From the NCBI GenBank assembly GCA_963664825.1, contig OY761614.1:1472001-1536000 (forward strand): a DNA stretch of 64,000 bases, written 5' to 3'. Positions 41,728 through 51,320 of the stretch are shown here, piece by piece (the stretch's first letter is position 1; each line of letters begins with the position of its first letter). This stretch comes from an uncultured Holophaga sp. Lineage in GTDB: Bacteria > Acidobacteriota > Holophagae > Holophagales > Holophagaceae. Made by a program: the position numbers and the translations under genes. The notes beneath the pieces are model-generated. The model was not told the DNA's origin. It made no database searches and saw only the letters and a program-made list of their open reading frames with translations.

Positions 41728-42459
41728 ATGCGCCAACTCCACGAAATTCGTCCCTTGGTCCTTCAGACCGGTGTGCAGGTCCATGCGGATGGCTCCTGCC
41801 TCATTCGCCTGGGGAACACCCATGTGATCTGCTCGGCGAGCCTGGAGGAGAAGGTGCCGGGCTGGCTCAGGGGCGGGGGCAAGGGTTGGATCACCGCGGA
41901 ATACGGCATGCTGCCCCGCAGCACCAACACGCGCACGGATCGCGAAGCGGCCAAGGGTAAGCAGCAGGGGCGCACCGTGGAGATCCAGCGCCTCATCGGC
42001 CGGTCCCTGCGCCAGGCTGTGGATCTGAATGCCCTGGGGGAACGCATGCTGACCCTGGATTGTGATGTGCTCAATGCCGATGGCGGCACCCGCTGCGCGG
42101 CCATCACCGGTGCCTGGGTGGCCCTGGCTCTGGCCCTGCGCAAGAGTGGGCTGGACTCGGCCCTGATTCGGCAGGTGGCGGCCATCAGTGCGGGTGTTTT
42201 GGAACCCAGGATAGAAGAAGGCTGGGAGGGGCGCCGGGGGCTCATCCTCGATCTCGAATACGAGGAGGACCATCGCGCCGCCATCGACACCAATCTGGTG
42301 GCCGCCCGGGCCAAGACCGGAGAGGCACTGGAGATCGTGGAATTCCAGAGCACGGGAGAAGGCCGGAGCTTCGCGCGCACGGAAGCCGTAGACCTGATGG
42401 ATCTGGGCCTCCGGGGCTGTCAGACCCTCATGGATGCCCAACTCGAAGCCCTGGGATGA
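41728..42459 (+). CDS. rph: Ribonuclease PH
   Basis: GWITAEYGMLPRST, GRTVEIQRLIGRSLR, DCDVLNADGGTR, DLEYEED. Confidence 0.95.
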   Translation: MRQLHEIRPLVLQTGVQVHADGSCLIRLGNTHVICSASLEEKVPGWLRGGGKGWITAEYGMLPRSTNTRTDREAAKGKQQGRTVEIQRLIGRSLRQAVDLNALGERMLTLDCDVLNADGGTRCAAITGAWVALALALRKSGLDSALIRQVAAISAGVLEPRIEEGWEGRRGLILDLEYEEDHRAAIDTNLVAARAKTGEALEIVEFQSTGEGRSFARTEAVDLMDLGLRGCQTLMDAQLEALG

Positions 42460-45197
42460 GAACTCCCTCTGCCCTCTTGTGTCTGCTGCTGGGCACGGCG
42501 CTCCTGGGTCAGGAGCCCTCGACTCCTGTTGCTCAGGGGCTCGAGGTCCGGATCCTGCCTCCTGATTTCATCTTCCATTTCACGCCCCGGGTGGAAGTGC
42601 CGGGGCGGCCCAGCCTTGGACTGGTGCTGAGCGGTGGCGGTGCCCGGGGTGTGGCTCATATCGGCGTTCTCCAGCAGCTGGACGAGAAGGGCTACCCCAT
42701 CGATTCCATCGTGGGCACCAGCGCCGGGGCCTTGACGGGGGCCCTCTATGCCTGCGGTTTCTCCGGCAAGGAGATCGAGGCGCTCTTCCAGCGCATGGAT
42801 TTCGGCCGTGCCTTCCTGGACCCCCTGATGCGCGCCCCGGGGAAGACCCTGGAGGAGCAGGAAGCCGAGAACGGCACCCTGCTGGGCGTCCAGATTCAGA
42901 GGGGCCTGCCCAGTTTCGCCCTGGGCCTCAAATCGGGCCAGGAAGTCCAGCGCACCCTCGAGGGCCTGCTGGCCCGGGGGGCCTACTTCACCGGCGGCGA
43001 CTTCGATCGCCTCAAGGTGCCATTGCGGGTGCTGGCCACCAATCTGGAGACGGGCCAGGGGCGGCTCTTCCGCAAGGGGGACATGGTGGAGGTGCTGAGG
43101 GCGGCCATGGCTGTGCCCGGGGCCTTCAAACCCGTGGTCATCGAGAACCAGCAGTACGTCGATGGCGCCCTGGTGGAGAATATTCCGGTCTTCCAGTCCC
43201 GGGAGGCCTTCCACCCCCAAGTGCTCCTGGCCGTGGATGTGAGCAGTGCCCTGAAGAAGACCTACGCCACCAATTTCCTGAGCGTGGCCTCCCGCAGCCT
43301 GGATCTGGTCATCGAACAGAGGCAGCGGGAGAGCATGTCCGCCGCGAGCCTCGTGCTGCGTCCCAAGATGAAGGACGTGGGTTTCACGGACTACGCAGGC
43401 CAGCTCCCCGCACTGGTGCAGGCCGGTGCCGAGGCCTTCCAGGCCAAGGAACCGGAGCTGCGCCGTCTCCTCCTGGATCAATTCACCCAGGACGGGGAAC
43501 TGCCCGCGCAGAAGCTGGAGATCCGCCATCCCGTGCCGGTAGACCCCAGGCTCACCCGGATCATCCAGACCCTCCTGCCCGAGGGCCAGCCCTTCCGCCG
43601 ATGGAATGTGTTGGCTGTCATGCAGCAGGCCATCGTTCAGGGCTGGCTCCGGGATCTGAAGGCGGAGGTGGTGAAGGATGAAGGTGGGGAGGGTCGGCTC
43701 AGACTGGAATTCCTGCCCTTCGCCCCTGTGCGTGCCCTGGAGGTGGAGGCCCCTCCGGGGGTGCGGGAAAGGATCCTGGGCGAATTGCGCGCAGAGTTCC
43801 CCCTTGGGGAATGCTACAACCCCCAGCGTTTCGGGGCCTTCCTGGGGCATTGGGTCCATGCCTCCATCATGGGGGGCATGCCCCTGGTGGATGTGAGGGG
43901 CTCGGGTTTCGAGGAGAGCACGGGCCGGTTGCGGGTGGTGGTGCGGGAGCCCCTCCTGGGTGCCCTGACGATTAGGGGTGCCTCCCCGTCGGAATCCCGA
44001 TACCTGCAGGGCCTGATGGAGCCCCTGCTGGGCCAGCCCCTGCGCAGTGTGCAGCTTCGCCAGTACCTGGATCTGGCAGAGGAGAGGCTGCGCCTGGCCG
44101 AACTGAGCTATCAGCTGAGGCCGCGCAGTCCCGAGGCGGGCGCCGAACTGATGCTCAGCCCCGTCCATGACCAGCCCCAATCCCTGGATTTAAGTCTGGG
44201 CTGGGAATCGACCCTAGGGGGCCAGACGGGCCTGAGATACCGCACGCTGAACTTGGGTGTGCCCGGATGGGAGATGGTGATGGAGGGTGCCCGGAATCGT
44301 CTCCAGAAGGGGGCTTCCCTGGCTCTGGCGGGGCCCTTCCAGAGTCTTCCGGGCGCGGGGTTGGAGCTGAAGGCTGCGGTCTTCGAACAGCGTCTGGGCG
44401 TGCCCCTGCTCTTCGGAGCCCCGGAGGCTCCCGTGGAGAGCCAGGATATGCGCATCAGCAGCACGGATGGCAGCTTCGGTGCCTTCGTCCGCTTCGGCAA
44501 TCTGGGTCAGGGCCGGGTCACCCTCATGGGGGATTACCGGAAGGCCGAGTTCACCCTCGGGGGTGAACGGGGGGAGCACCGGGAGCGCAGCATCGAAGTG
44601 GCCTCGGAATGGGACAATTTCGATCGCCATACTTTCCCTCGGGAGGGCCTGCTCCTGAGGGGCTTCTATTGCGCCGGCGAGACGCTCTCCGGTCTCGATC
44701 CCCAGGGAAGCTTTCGGATGGCCTACCTGCGGGCCCGGGGCCTCACCTCCCTGGGGCCGGCCCGTTCCGAGCGGCTGCTGGGCATGGATCTGGACCTGGA
44801 ATGGGGGTACGGCCAGAACCTGCCCCTGGATCGTTGGTGGACTCTGGGGGGGCCCTCCTTCCTGGTGGGCTCCAAATCCCTGGGCTTCCTGTCCCCCAAT
44901 TTCCTCGTGGGCCGTTTCGGGTTGCCCCTGCGCATGGACGGGCCCTACGGCCTCTCCCTCCAGGTTATTCCCCGCTTCGATTACGGCGTGATCGGAATGG
45001 AATCCCGGGATTTGTTCCGGGGCTTCCGGGGTCAGGGGATGGGCCTCCTGGTGCGGACCATGGCGGCCAAGTTCTACGTGGAACTTTCCTACGGATTCCT
45101 CAAATTTTACGATCCGGTCCTGGGATGGAGACCGACCACGGGCAGCTTCAACGCCCTCATCGGCACCCAGCCCTTCGATCTCTGGAAGCGGAGATAG
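42456..45197 (+). CDS. Patatin-like phospholipase with C-terminal POTRA/beta-barrel region (PlpD-like)
   Basis: Signal peptide; LSGGGARG, GTSAG, YVDGA; C-terminal amphipathic beta strands, DRHTFPREG. Confidence 0.85.
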   Translation: MRTPSALLCLLLGTALLGQEPSTPVAQGLEVRILPPDFIFHFTPRVEVPGRPSLGLVLSGGGARGVAHIGVLQQLDEKGYPIDSIVGTSAGALTGALYACGFSGKEIEALFQRMDFGRAFLDPLMRAPGKTLEEQEAENGTLLGVQIQRGLPSFALGLKSGQEVQRTLEGLLARGAYFTGGDFDRLKVPLRVLATNLETGQGRLFRKGDMVEVLRAAMAVPGAFKPVVIENQQYVDGALVENIPVFQSREAFHPQVLLAVDVSSALKKTYATNFLSVASRSLDLVIEQRQRESMSAASLVLRPKMKDVGFTDYAGQLPALVQAGAEAFQAKEPELRRLLLDQFTQDGELPAQKLEIRHPVPVDPRLTRIIQTLLPEGQPFRRWNVLAVMQQAIVQGWLRDLKAEVVKDEGGEGRLRLEFLPFAPVRALEVEAPPGVRERILGELRAEFPLGECYNPQRFGAFLGHWVHASIMGGMPLVDVRGSGFEESTGRLRVVVREPLLGALTIRGASPSESRYLQGLMEPLLGQPLRSVQLRQYLDLAEERLRLAELSYQLRPRSPEAGAELMLSPVHDQPQSLDLSLGWESTLGGQTGLRYRTLNLGVPGWEMVMEGARNRLQKGASLALAGPFQSLPGAGLELKAAVFEQRLGVPLLFGAPEAPVESQDMRISSTDGSFGAFVRFGNLGQGRVTLMGDYRKAEFTLGGERGEHRERSIEVASEWDNFDRHTFPREGLLLRGFYCAGETLSGLDPQGSFRMAYLRARGLTSLGPARSERLLGMDLDLEWGYGQNLPLDRWWTLGGPSFLVGSKSLGFLSPNFLVGRFGLPLRMDGPYGLSLQVIPRFDYGVIGMESRDLFRGFRGQGMGLLVRTMAAKFYVELSYGFLKFYDPVLGWRPTTGSFNALIGTQPFDLWKRR

Positions 45198-45333
45198 ATC
45201 TTCATGGGGCTTTCTGCCCGGCGTTCTCGCCAGGTGGTGTCTAATCGGATCGCGGGGGACTCAACCTCCGGCTCGGCTCCTGCGTATGTCTGGATATCGC
45301 TCATCTCCCATGAGCCCATTTTCAGGAGCCGCC

Positions 45334-45963
45334 ATGCCCCTTTCTAGAACCCTGTATTTCCTGCCCGCGTTCCTTGCCTGCACGGCCCTCTGTGCTCAGG
45401 ACCCCGCGCCCAAGGCTCCCGAGGCGAGCGAGAAGTGCGCGGAAGGCCAGAAGGACAAAGGCTGTCCGTTCTTCCATCGGCATCATCACTCCGTGTTCGG
45501 TGCCTACGTCCAGGTCATTTCTCCCCTGCGGGAACTGAAGACGTCCTTGGACGATCGCACGGGTTTCGGCCTGGGCCTCCAGTGGACCCACGAGCACGGC
45601 GATTGGAACGCCAGCCGCACGCGCCTGGAATGGAACACCTTCCCCGAGGGTGGGGCCGTGGGGCCCCTGGGCACCAAGACCTACGCCAAGAACTACACCT
45701 TCAGCTTGGATCATCTCTTCAAGCTGAATCAGGGTACCTCTCAGGTCTACCTGGTGGCGGGGCTGGGCGGAGCCCGCTGGTGCCTGGAACAGACCACGGC
45801 CACAGCGAAGACTTCGGAATGGACCACGAAATTGGCCCTCACGGGCGGAGTCGGCGTGCAGATCGCCGAGCGAGTGAACCTGGAGGCGCGCTATGTGGCA
45901 AGCAGCGTGGGCAGGACCTTCGATGCCAATTCCGTCCAGGCCAGCCTGGGATGGCGCTTCTGA
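45334..45963 (+). CDS. Outer-membrane beta-barrel protein
   Basis: Signal peptide; YLVAGLG, GVGVQ, NLEARY, C-terminal ASLGWRF. Confidence 0.82.
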   Translation: MPLSRTLYFLPAFLACTALCAQDPAPKAPEASEKCAEGQKDKGCPFFHRHHHSVFGAYVQVISPLRELKTSLDDRTGFGLGLQWTHEHGDWNASRTRLEWNTFPEGGAVGPLGTKTYAKNYTFSLDHLFKLNQGTSQVYLVAGLGGARWCLEQTTATAKTSEWTTKLALTGGVGVQIAERVNLEARYVASSVGRTFDANSVQASLGWRF

Positions 45964-46044
45964 TTCCAAGCTGCTGTTGGTCGCTGGGGCACGATTCCGG
46001 GTTTCAACGAATGACGACGAATGGGTATGATTCCGGAGGCATCC

Positions 46045-46641
46045 GTGGCTGCTGACATTCTTGGGATGATCGAGGCGCTGAAGTCTTTCTATGACTTCAC
46101 GGGCAAGACGGTTCTCTTGGTGGGCGCCGGCGGCGGCCAACTCCTGGAGGGCGTGGCTCAGGCCCAGAAGTTGATCGCCATCGATCGGGACGCCGATGCG
46201 CTGCGGGCCATGATGGCCGTGGCCAGGAGTAAGGGCATGGAGGAGCTGGTGGAGCCCCTCCATGCACCTTGGAACCAGGTCGACGTGAGGGGGGATGTCG
46301 TCTACTTCGAGTTCTGCCTCCACGAGATGCCTGACCCTGGGCAGGCGCTCTTCCATGCCCGGGAACTGGCCCCCGACGTACTCGTCTTCGATCACCTGCC
46401 GGATTCCGAATGGGCGCGATGTGCCGGGGAAGCCGATCTGGTGCGCCGCAGTACGGAGGCCCTCTCCCTATGCCGCGTCAAGCGCGGCTCTGCCTAGCGC
46501 GGGGAGCAGCGTTTCGCTGACTATGCCGAACTCTGGGGCAGGCTCTCCCGGGATCCCCGAACCCGGGAGGCCGATATCGCGGCCTACCGCGGCCGTCGGG
46601 ATATCACTATCCCCATGAGTTGTGGCCTGACGCTGCTCTGA
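46045..46641 (+). pseudogene. Class I SAM-methyltransferase-like gene interrupted by an in-frame TAG (46495-46497)
   Basis: VLLVGAGGG, IAIDRD, FCLHEM; the frame continues 47 codons past the TAG to TGA at 46639-46641; GTG start with GGAGG SD. Confidence 0.7.
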
Positions 46642-46647
46642 TGCTCC

Positions 46648-47265
46648 TCAGGGCCTGGGCTGGAGAGCCTGGGCCTCCGCCAGATCCTGGACGGAGATGA
46701 AGGGGAGGCCGCGGCTCTCCGCGAAGGCTTCCAGGCTGTGCCCCCGCATCATGGTGCCATCGGGGTTCATGAGTTCGCAGAGTACGGCCACCGGGCGCAG
46801 GCCCGCCATGCGGGCGAGTTCCACGGAGCCTTCCGTGTGGCCGCGGCGGCCCAGGAGGCCTTCGGGGTGGGCGCGCAGGGGGAAGACATGGCCCGGTCGG
46901 GCGAGATCCTGGGCCGAGGCTCCGGGCCGGATGGCGGCGCGGATGGTGACCACCCGGTCATGGGCGGAAACGCCCGTGGTGACGCCTTCCTTGGCCTCGA
47001 TGGAGACGGTGAAGGCGGTTTTGTTCTTGCTTTCGTTGTGCTCCACCATCTGGGGGAGGTCCAGCCTCCGGGCCAGCTCGTCCTCCATGCAGAGACAGAC
47101 GATGCCGCTGCACTCCCGGATCATCAGGGCCATGATCTCCTCGCTGAGCTTTTCGGCCGCGATGATCAGGTCCCCTTCGTTTTCACGGTCCGCATCGTCC
47201 TGGAGCACGACGGCCCTTCCCTCCTGGAAGGCGCGGATGGCTTCATTCACACGGTCTACACGCAT
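46648..47265 (-). CDS. ribB: 3,4-dihydroxy-2-butanone-4-phosphate synthase
   Basis: [52 protein letters not shown]. Confidence 0.97.
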   Translation of the reverse strand: MRVDRVNEAIRAFQEGRAVVLQDDADRENEGDLIIAAEKLSEEIMALMIRECSGIVCLCMEDELARRLDLPQMVEHNESKNKTAFTVSIEAKEGVTTGVSAHDRVVTIRAAIRPGASAQDLARPGHVFPLRAHPEGLLGRRGHTEGSVELARMAGLRPVAVLCELMNPDGTMMRGHSLEAFAESRGLPFISVQDLAEAQALQPRP

Positions 47266-47273
47266 GCAGTGCT

Positions 47274-47418
47274 CCTTCTCTCGTCCGGACTCTCACCGTC
47301 GGCTCCGGAATTGGACCGGATCTGCTGGCCCCACCTTGGCGGGCGCTCGCGGGCTCGATGGATCCAGGGGACCTCACCCTACCGCCGGTGGGGATTTTCA
47401 CCCCGCCCCGAAGAAATT
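47274..47418 (-). ncRNA. FMN riboswitch (RFN element)
   Basis: Minus strand TTCTTCGGGGCGGGGTGAAAATCCCCACCGGCGGT...AGCCCGCGAGC...AGCAGATCCGGTCCAATTCCGGAGCCGACGGTGAGAGTCCGGACGAGAGAAG, directly upstream of ribB. Confidence 0.95.
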
Positions 47419-47477
47419 GGTTCATTGCGGCGATCGCAACACAGCCATTATGGCACATCCCCAATGGGGATCCAGGA

Positions 47478-48944
47478 TCAGAGCCCGTACTCGGTCCATC
47501 GCTTCGAGACGCGCTCCAGGATGGCCTCGGGAAAGACCAGATCCCTGGGCCATGGACGGGTGAATCCATCGAAGGGCTTGTTCTTGCGCGTGGCGTCGAG
47601 GCCCACCTTGCTGCCGAAGGCGAAGCGGTCGGAGCTGTGATCCAGGGCGTCCAGGGGACCCTCGGTGAAGAGCATATCCCGGCGGGGATCGACATTGGAT
47701 GTCACCCGGAAGAGCACCTCCTGGAGGTCGTGGGGGTCGATATCCTCGTCCACGATGACGATGGCCTTGGTGAACATCATCTGGCCCGTGCCCCAGACGG
47801 CGTTCATCACCTTCTGGGGCTGTCCCGGATATTCCTTCTTCAGGGAGAGGATGACGAGATTGTGGAAGGCGCCTGCCGCGGGCAGGTGCATGTCCCGGAT
47901 TTCAGGCAGCACCAGGCGCAGCAGGGGCAGGAAGATCCGCTCCGTGGCCAGTCCCAGGAAGGCGTCCTCCTGGGGAGGGCGGCCCACGAGGGTGGCGGGC
48001 AGGACCGGGTTCTTGCGGTGGGTGATGGCCTCCACGTGCAGCACGGGATATTCGTCTGCCAGGGAGTAGTAGCCCGTGTGATCCCCGAAGGGGCCCTCTC
48101 GGCGCAGCTCTGCAGGATCCACCCAGCCCTCGATGACGATCTCGGAATCGGCGGGCACCTCCAGATCGTTGGTCACGCACTTCACCATCTCCACGCCTTC
48201 GCCCCGCAGGAAACCCGCGAACATCACCTCGGAGAGGAAGGGCGGCAGGGGGGCCGTGGCGGCGTAGAGCAGAGCGGGATCGGCCCCGAAGGCCACGGCC
48301 ACCGGCATGGGCTCTCCAGGCCCGTAGCCGTGACGGACCCGGGTGCCATCGTGGTGGAGCTGGGTGTGGAAGCCGAGGGTATGGTCATCGTGGACCTGGA
48401 GGCGGTAGAGGCCCATGTTCCTCCGGCCATCCTTGTAGCGCAGATGGCTCATGCCCATGGTGAGGAAGGGGCCGCCGTCCTCGGGCCAGGTGGTGAGCAC
48501 GGGCAACGCGGAGAGTTTGGCCGCTTGGCCCTTCAGGACGACCTCCTGGCAGAGCCCCTTGCGCAGGGTCTTCGGCATCCAGGCCGAGACCTCGGCCAAC
48601 ATGGGGAGTTTGGCCAGTTTGTCCAGGAATCCGCTGCCGGGTTTGGGCATGGCTTCCGCGATGAGCTTCTCGATGCGATCCCCGATGGCGTCCAGGCCCC
48701 GGGGCTCCCCGTCCACCCCCAGGGCCATCTCCAGGCGCTTCCGACTGCCGAAGGCGTTCATGGCGACGGGGATCCCATGGCCCTTGGGCCTCTCGAAGAG
48801 GAGGGCGGGGCCCCCCAGGGGCAGGCTGCTGACCCGGTCGGCGATGGCGCCCATCTCCAGAAAGGGATCCACCTCGGCGCTCACGCGCTTCAGCTCTCCG
48901 GCGGCTTCGAGCTGCTTCAGGAAGGTCTGGAAATCGCGCCCCAT
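47478..48944 (-). CDS. UbiD-family decarboxylase (probably menaquinone biosynthesis)
   Basis: GPALLFE, WPEDGG.F.T, NMGLYR, EGPFGDHTGYY, VGRPPQED, GPLDALDH; ATG at 48944. Confidence 0.93.
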   Translation of the reverse strand: MGRDFQTFLKQLEAAGELKRVSAEVDPFLEMGAIADRVSSLPLGGPALLFERPKGHGIPVAMNAFGSRKRLEMALGVDGEPRGLDAIGDRIEKLIAEAMPKPGSGFLDKLAKLPMLAEVSAWMPKTLRKGLCQEVVLKGQAAKLSALPVLTTWPEDGGPFLTMGMSHLRYKDGRRNMGLYRLQVHDDHTLGFHTQLHHDGTRVRHGYGPGEPMPVAVAFGADPALLYAATAPLPPFLSEVMFAGFLRGEGVEMVKCVTNDLEVPADSEIVIEGWVDPAELRREGPFGDHTGYYSLADEYPVLHVEAITHRKNPVLPATLVGRPPQEDAFLGLATERIFLPLLRLVLPEIRDMHLPAAGAFHNLVILSLKKEYPGQPQKVMNAVWGTGQMMFTKAIVIVDEDIDPHDLQEVLFRVTSNVDPRRDMLFTEGPLDALDHSSDRFAFGSKVGLDATRKNKPFDGFTRPWPRDLVFPEAILERVSKRWTEYGL

Positions 48945-49013
48945 GGTGGTCCCCCGCCCTGATCCTAACCGGTTGCCGTGCAGGGGGGCCGTGGGGTGGG
49001 GTAGGCTTGTCCC

Positions 49014-49310
49014 ATGGCTCCGCGCCCCCTCCGCTCCTTCGCCTGGGATGTCCTCTGCAGGACCCTGCGCTTCTTCTACCTGCTCTGGGGCGGGATGCTC
49101 CTGGTTTCGATGGCGGCCACCAATCGCATCCGGATCCCGGGGTTCTTGTGGGCCTGGCCCCGGGGGGCCCAGTGTCTCACCAACCCCTGGGGCCGGGGCC
49201 TGCTCTTCGGCATCGCCGTGGTGATGGGCCTGGCGGCCCTGCTGGAGGTGTGGGAACTGGTGGACCAACTCCTGGTGCGCTTCCTCCATGAGCACGAGCG
49301 GGAACGCTGA
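49014..49310 (+). CDS. Small membrane protein
   Basis: Two hydrophobic segments; upstream of lolC/E on the same strand. Confidence 0.55.
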   Translation: MAPRPLRSFAWDVLCRTLRFFYLLWGGMLLVSMAATNRIRIPGFLWAWPRGAQCLTNPWGRGLLFGIAVVMGLAALLEVWELVDQLLVRFLHEHERER

Positions 49311-49382
49311 GGTTTTGCCCCCCTGGGTGCCTCGGGGCATTTTCGGGAGGGTAGTTCGGCTCCGACGGCTTAACCTGGAGGG

Positions 49383-50615
49383 ATGAAAGCCTTCGAAGCC
49401 TTCGTCGCCGAGCGTTACCTGAAGACCCGGAAGAAGGGTGCCTTCGTGCGCACGCTTACCCGCTACGCCCGCTGGGGCATCGGCCTGGGGGTCTTCGTGC
49501 TGGTGGTGGTGCAGGCCCTCATGAACGGCTTCCGGGAGGAGATCCAGGCCAATCTCTTCTCGGCCACTGGCCACTTCACGGTGAGCTACTTTAGGGGGGA
49601 TCTGCCCAATACCCCCAAGGCCTTGACCACCATTCGGTCCACACCGGGGGTCGTGGGGGCCAGCCCCATGCGCATGGAGCGGGGATTACTGAAATCCGAC
49701 CGGGGTGGGTCCCCCGCCGAAGGCGTCATGGTGAAGGCCATCGATCCCGCCACGGCCCACGGCACCTCCAGCATCTTCGATAGTCTCAAGCCCATCGGGG
49801 TGGAAAGGCTCCAGGAGGGGGAACTCCTCGTGGGCCGGGAACTGGCCAAGAACCTGGGCCTGCGCCTGGGGGATAATGTCGGCATCACCTTCATGCGGGT
49901 GGACCTGGGGCTCTCGGGTATCCAGCCCCGGATGATGGGCTTCCGGGTGGCGGGCATCTTCGAGAGCCACATTAGTGAATACGATCAGCGATGGGTCTTT
50001 ATCCACCTGGAGGATGCCAAGCGCATGGCCCAGACCGACCAGGCGGAATTCATCGAAGTGCGCGCCTCCAGCGTCGACGCCATCGATACGGTGAAGCCCG
50101 CGGCCCTCAATGCCCTCAATGGCGACACCAAGGGCTACATGGCTTCGGATCTGCGGGACGCCAATCGCTCCCTCTTCTCGGCCCTGAAGTTCCAGAAGTT
50201 CCTCTTCGCCATCATCCTGGCCTTCATTGTGATACTCGCGGCCTTCAATATCGTGGCCATCCTGGTGCTGTTCATCGCCGAGAAGAGGCGGGACCTGGGT
50301 GTGCTGCTGGCCCTGGGTGCCACGCCCCGCCAGATCCAGCGCATCTTCGAACTCCAGGGCGTGCGCATCTGCGCGGTGGGTACGGCCTGGGGCATGGGCC
50401 TGGCGGTGCCCGCCTGCTGGATCGCCGACCACTGGAAACTCATCCCGCTGCCGCCGGCCCTCTATGACTTCCTCACCTACGTGCCCTTCAAACTCTCGAT
50501 CTTCGACTTGGCGTTGGTGGCGATCTTTCCCCTGCTGGTGGCCTGGGCGGCCTCCCGCTACCCCGCCCGCCGCGCCGCGGAAGTCAATCCCGTGGACGCC
50601 CTGAGGGCGGAATGA
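49383..50615 (+). CDS. LolC/E-family lipoprotein-release ABC permease
   Basis: RYLK, GIGLGV..LVVVQALMNGF, AAFNI, EKRRDLGVL..LGA, YPARRAA.VNPVDALRAE. Confidence 0.92.
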   Translation: MKAFEAFVAERYLKTRKKGAFVRTLTRYARWGIGLGVFVLVVVQALMNGFREEIQANLFSATGHFTVSYFRGDLPNTPKALTTIRSTPGVVGASPMRMERGLLKSDRGGSPAEGVMVKAIDPATAHGTSSIFDSLKPIGVERLQEGELLVGRELAKNLGLRLGDNVGITFMRVDLGLSGIQPRMMGFRVAGIFESHISEYDQRWVFIHLEDAKRMAQTDQAEFIEVRASSVDAIDTVKPAALNALNGDTKGYMASDLRDANRSLFSALKFQKFLFAIILAFIVILAAFNIVAILVLFIAEKRRDLGVLLALGATPRQIQRIFELQGVRICAVGTAWGMGLAVPACWIADHWKLIPLPPALYDFLTYVPFKLSIFDLALVAIFPLLVAWAASRYPARRAAEVNPVDALRAE

Positions 50616-50622
50616 AAATACC

Positions 50623-50714
50623 GAACGCGAAGAGCGCTAAGGGAGCGAAGCACGCGAAGGTGTTTTGGGAACCTGCCCTTCGCGCTCTTTGCCTTGTTCG
50701 CGCCCTTCGCGTTC
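50623..50714. repeat. Long imperfect palindrome built of 9-bp tandem units (REP-like)
   Basis: Left arm AACGCGAAG/AGCGCTAAG/GGAGCGAAG/CACGCGAAG; right arm CTTCGCGCT/CTTTGCCTT/GTTCGCGCC/CTTCGCGTT. Confidence 0.8.
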
Positions 50715-50732
50715 CTTCTTGGTGAGTCGACC

Positions 50733-51320
50733 ATGGCCCTTCCCATTGAACCCCTGAAGCATCCCTACCTCTTCGTGGACACGGAGACCGGGGGACTCGA
50801 TCCGGCGCGCCATAGCCTGCTCTCCATCGGGCTCGTCCTGGGCGACGAGGGCGTGGTGCGCCACAGCCTGGAGCTCTTCCTCAAGCACGACACCTACGTG
50901 GTGGACGACGGCGGGATGAAGGTGAACCGCATCGATCTGGCCAAGCATCACGAGGAGTCCATGGAGGGTGGGACGCTGATGGCCGTGCTGGATGTCTTCC
51001 TGGACCAGTTCTTTCCCTGTAAGAGGGAGCCCATCTTCCTGGTGGGCCATAACGTGGCCTTCGACCGGGAATTCCTCCAGGCCTTCTGGAAAACCCAGGG
51101 GCGCGCCTTCGAACCCCGGTTCAGTCATCGCCTCATCGATACCCATAGCCTCGCCGCCGGGCTCCGGGATGCGGGCAGGCTGCCCGTGGAGAGCCTCAGT
51201 TCCACGGCCCTCTTCGCCCACTTCGGCATTCTGGTGCCCGAGGAACAGCGGCATACGGCCCTGGGCGATGCCCTGGCCACCTTCGAGCTGTACTGGAAAC
51301 TGGTGGAGCTGGCGCGATGA
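50733..51320 (+). CDS. DEDDh 3'-5' exonuclease (DnaQ-like)
   Basis: VDTETGGL, GHNVAFD, IDT, HTALGDA. Confidence 0.9.
   Translation: MALPIEPLKHPYLFVDTETGGLDPARHSLLSIGLVLGDEGVVRHSLELFLKHDTYVVDDGGMKVNRIDLAKHHEESMEGGTLMAVLDVFLDQFFPCKREPIFLVGHNVAFDREFLQAFWKTQGRAFEPRFSHRLIDTHSLAAGLRDAGRLPVESLSSTALFAHFGILVPEEQRHTALGDALATFELYWKLVELAR

Noticed and set aside
45070..45085. Fourth parS-like palindrome AGTTCTACGTGGAACT
   Set aside because: It has three mismatches and can be explained by coding (KFYVEL); not listed as a feature.
45268..45284. Possible sigma-54 promoter CCGGCTCGGCTCCTGCG before the beta-barrel gene
   Set aside because: GG/GC spacing is right, but the flanks match poorly; likely chance in GC-rich DNA.
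47478..49574. 698-aa version of the UbiD ORF and other upstream-extended starts in the ORF track
   Set aside because: The extensions overlap opposite-strand genes; downstream starts match family N-termini better.
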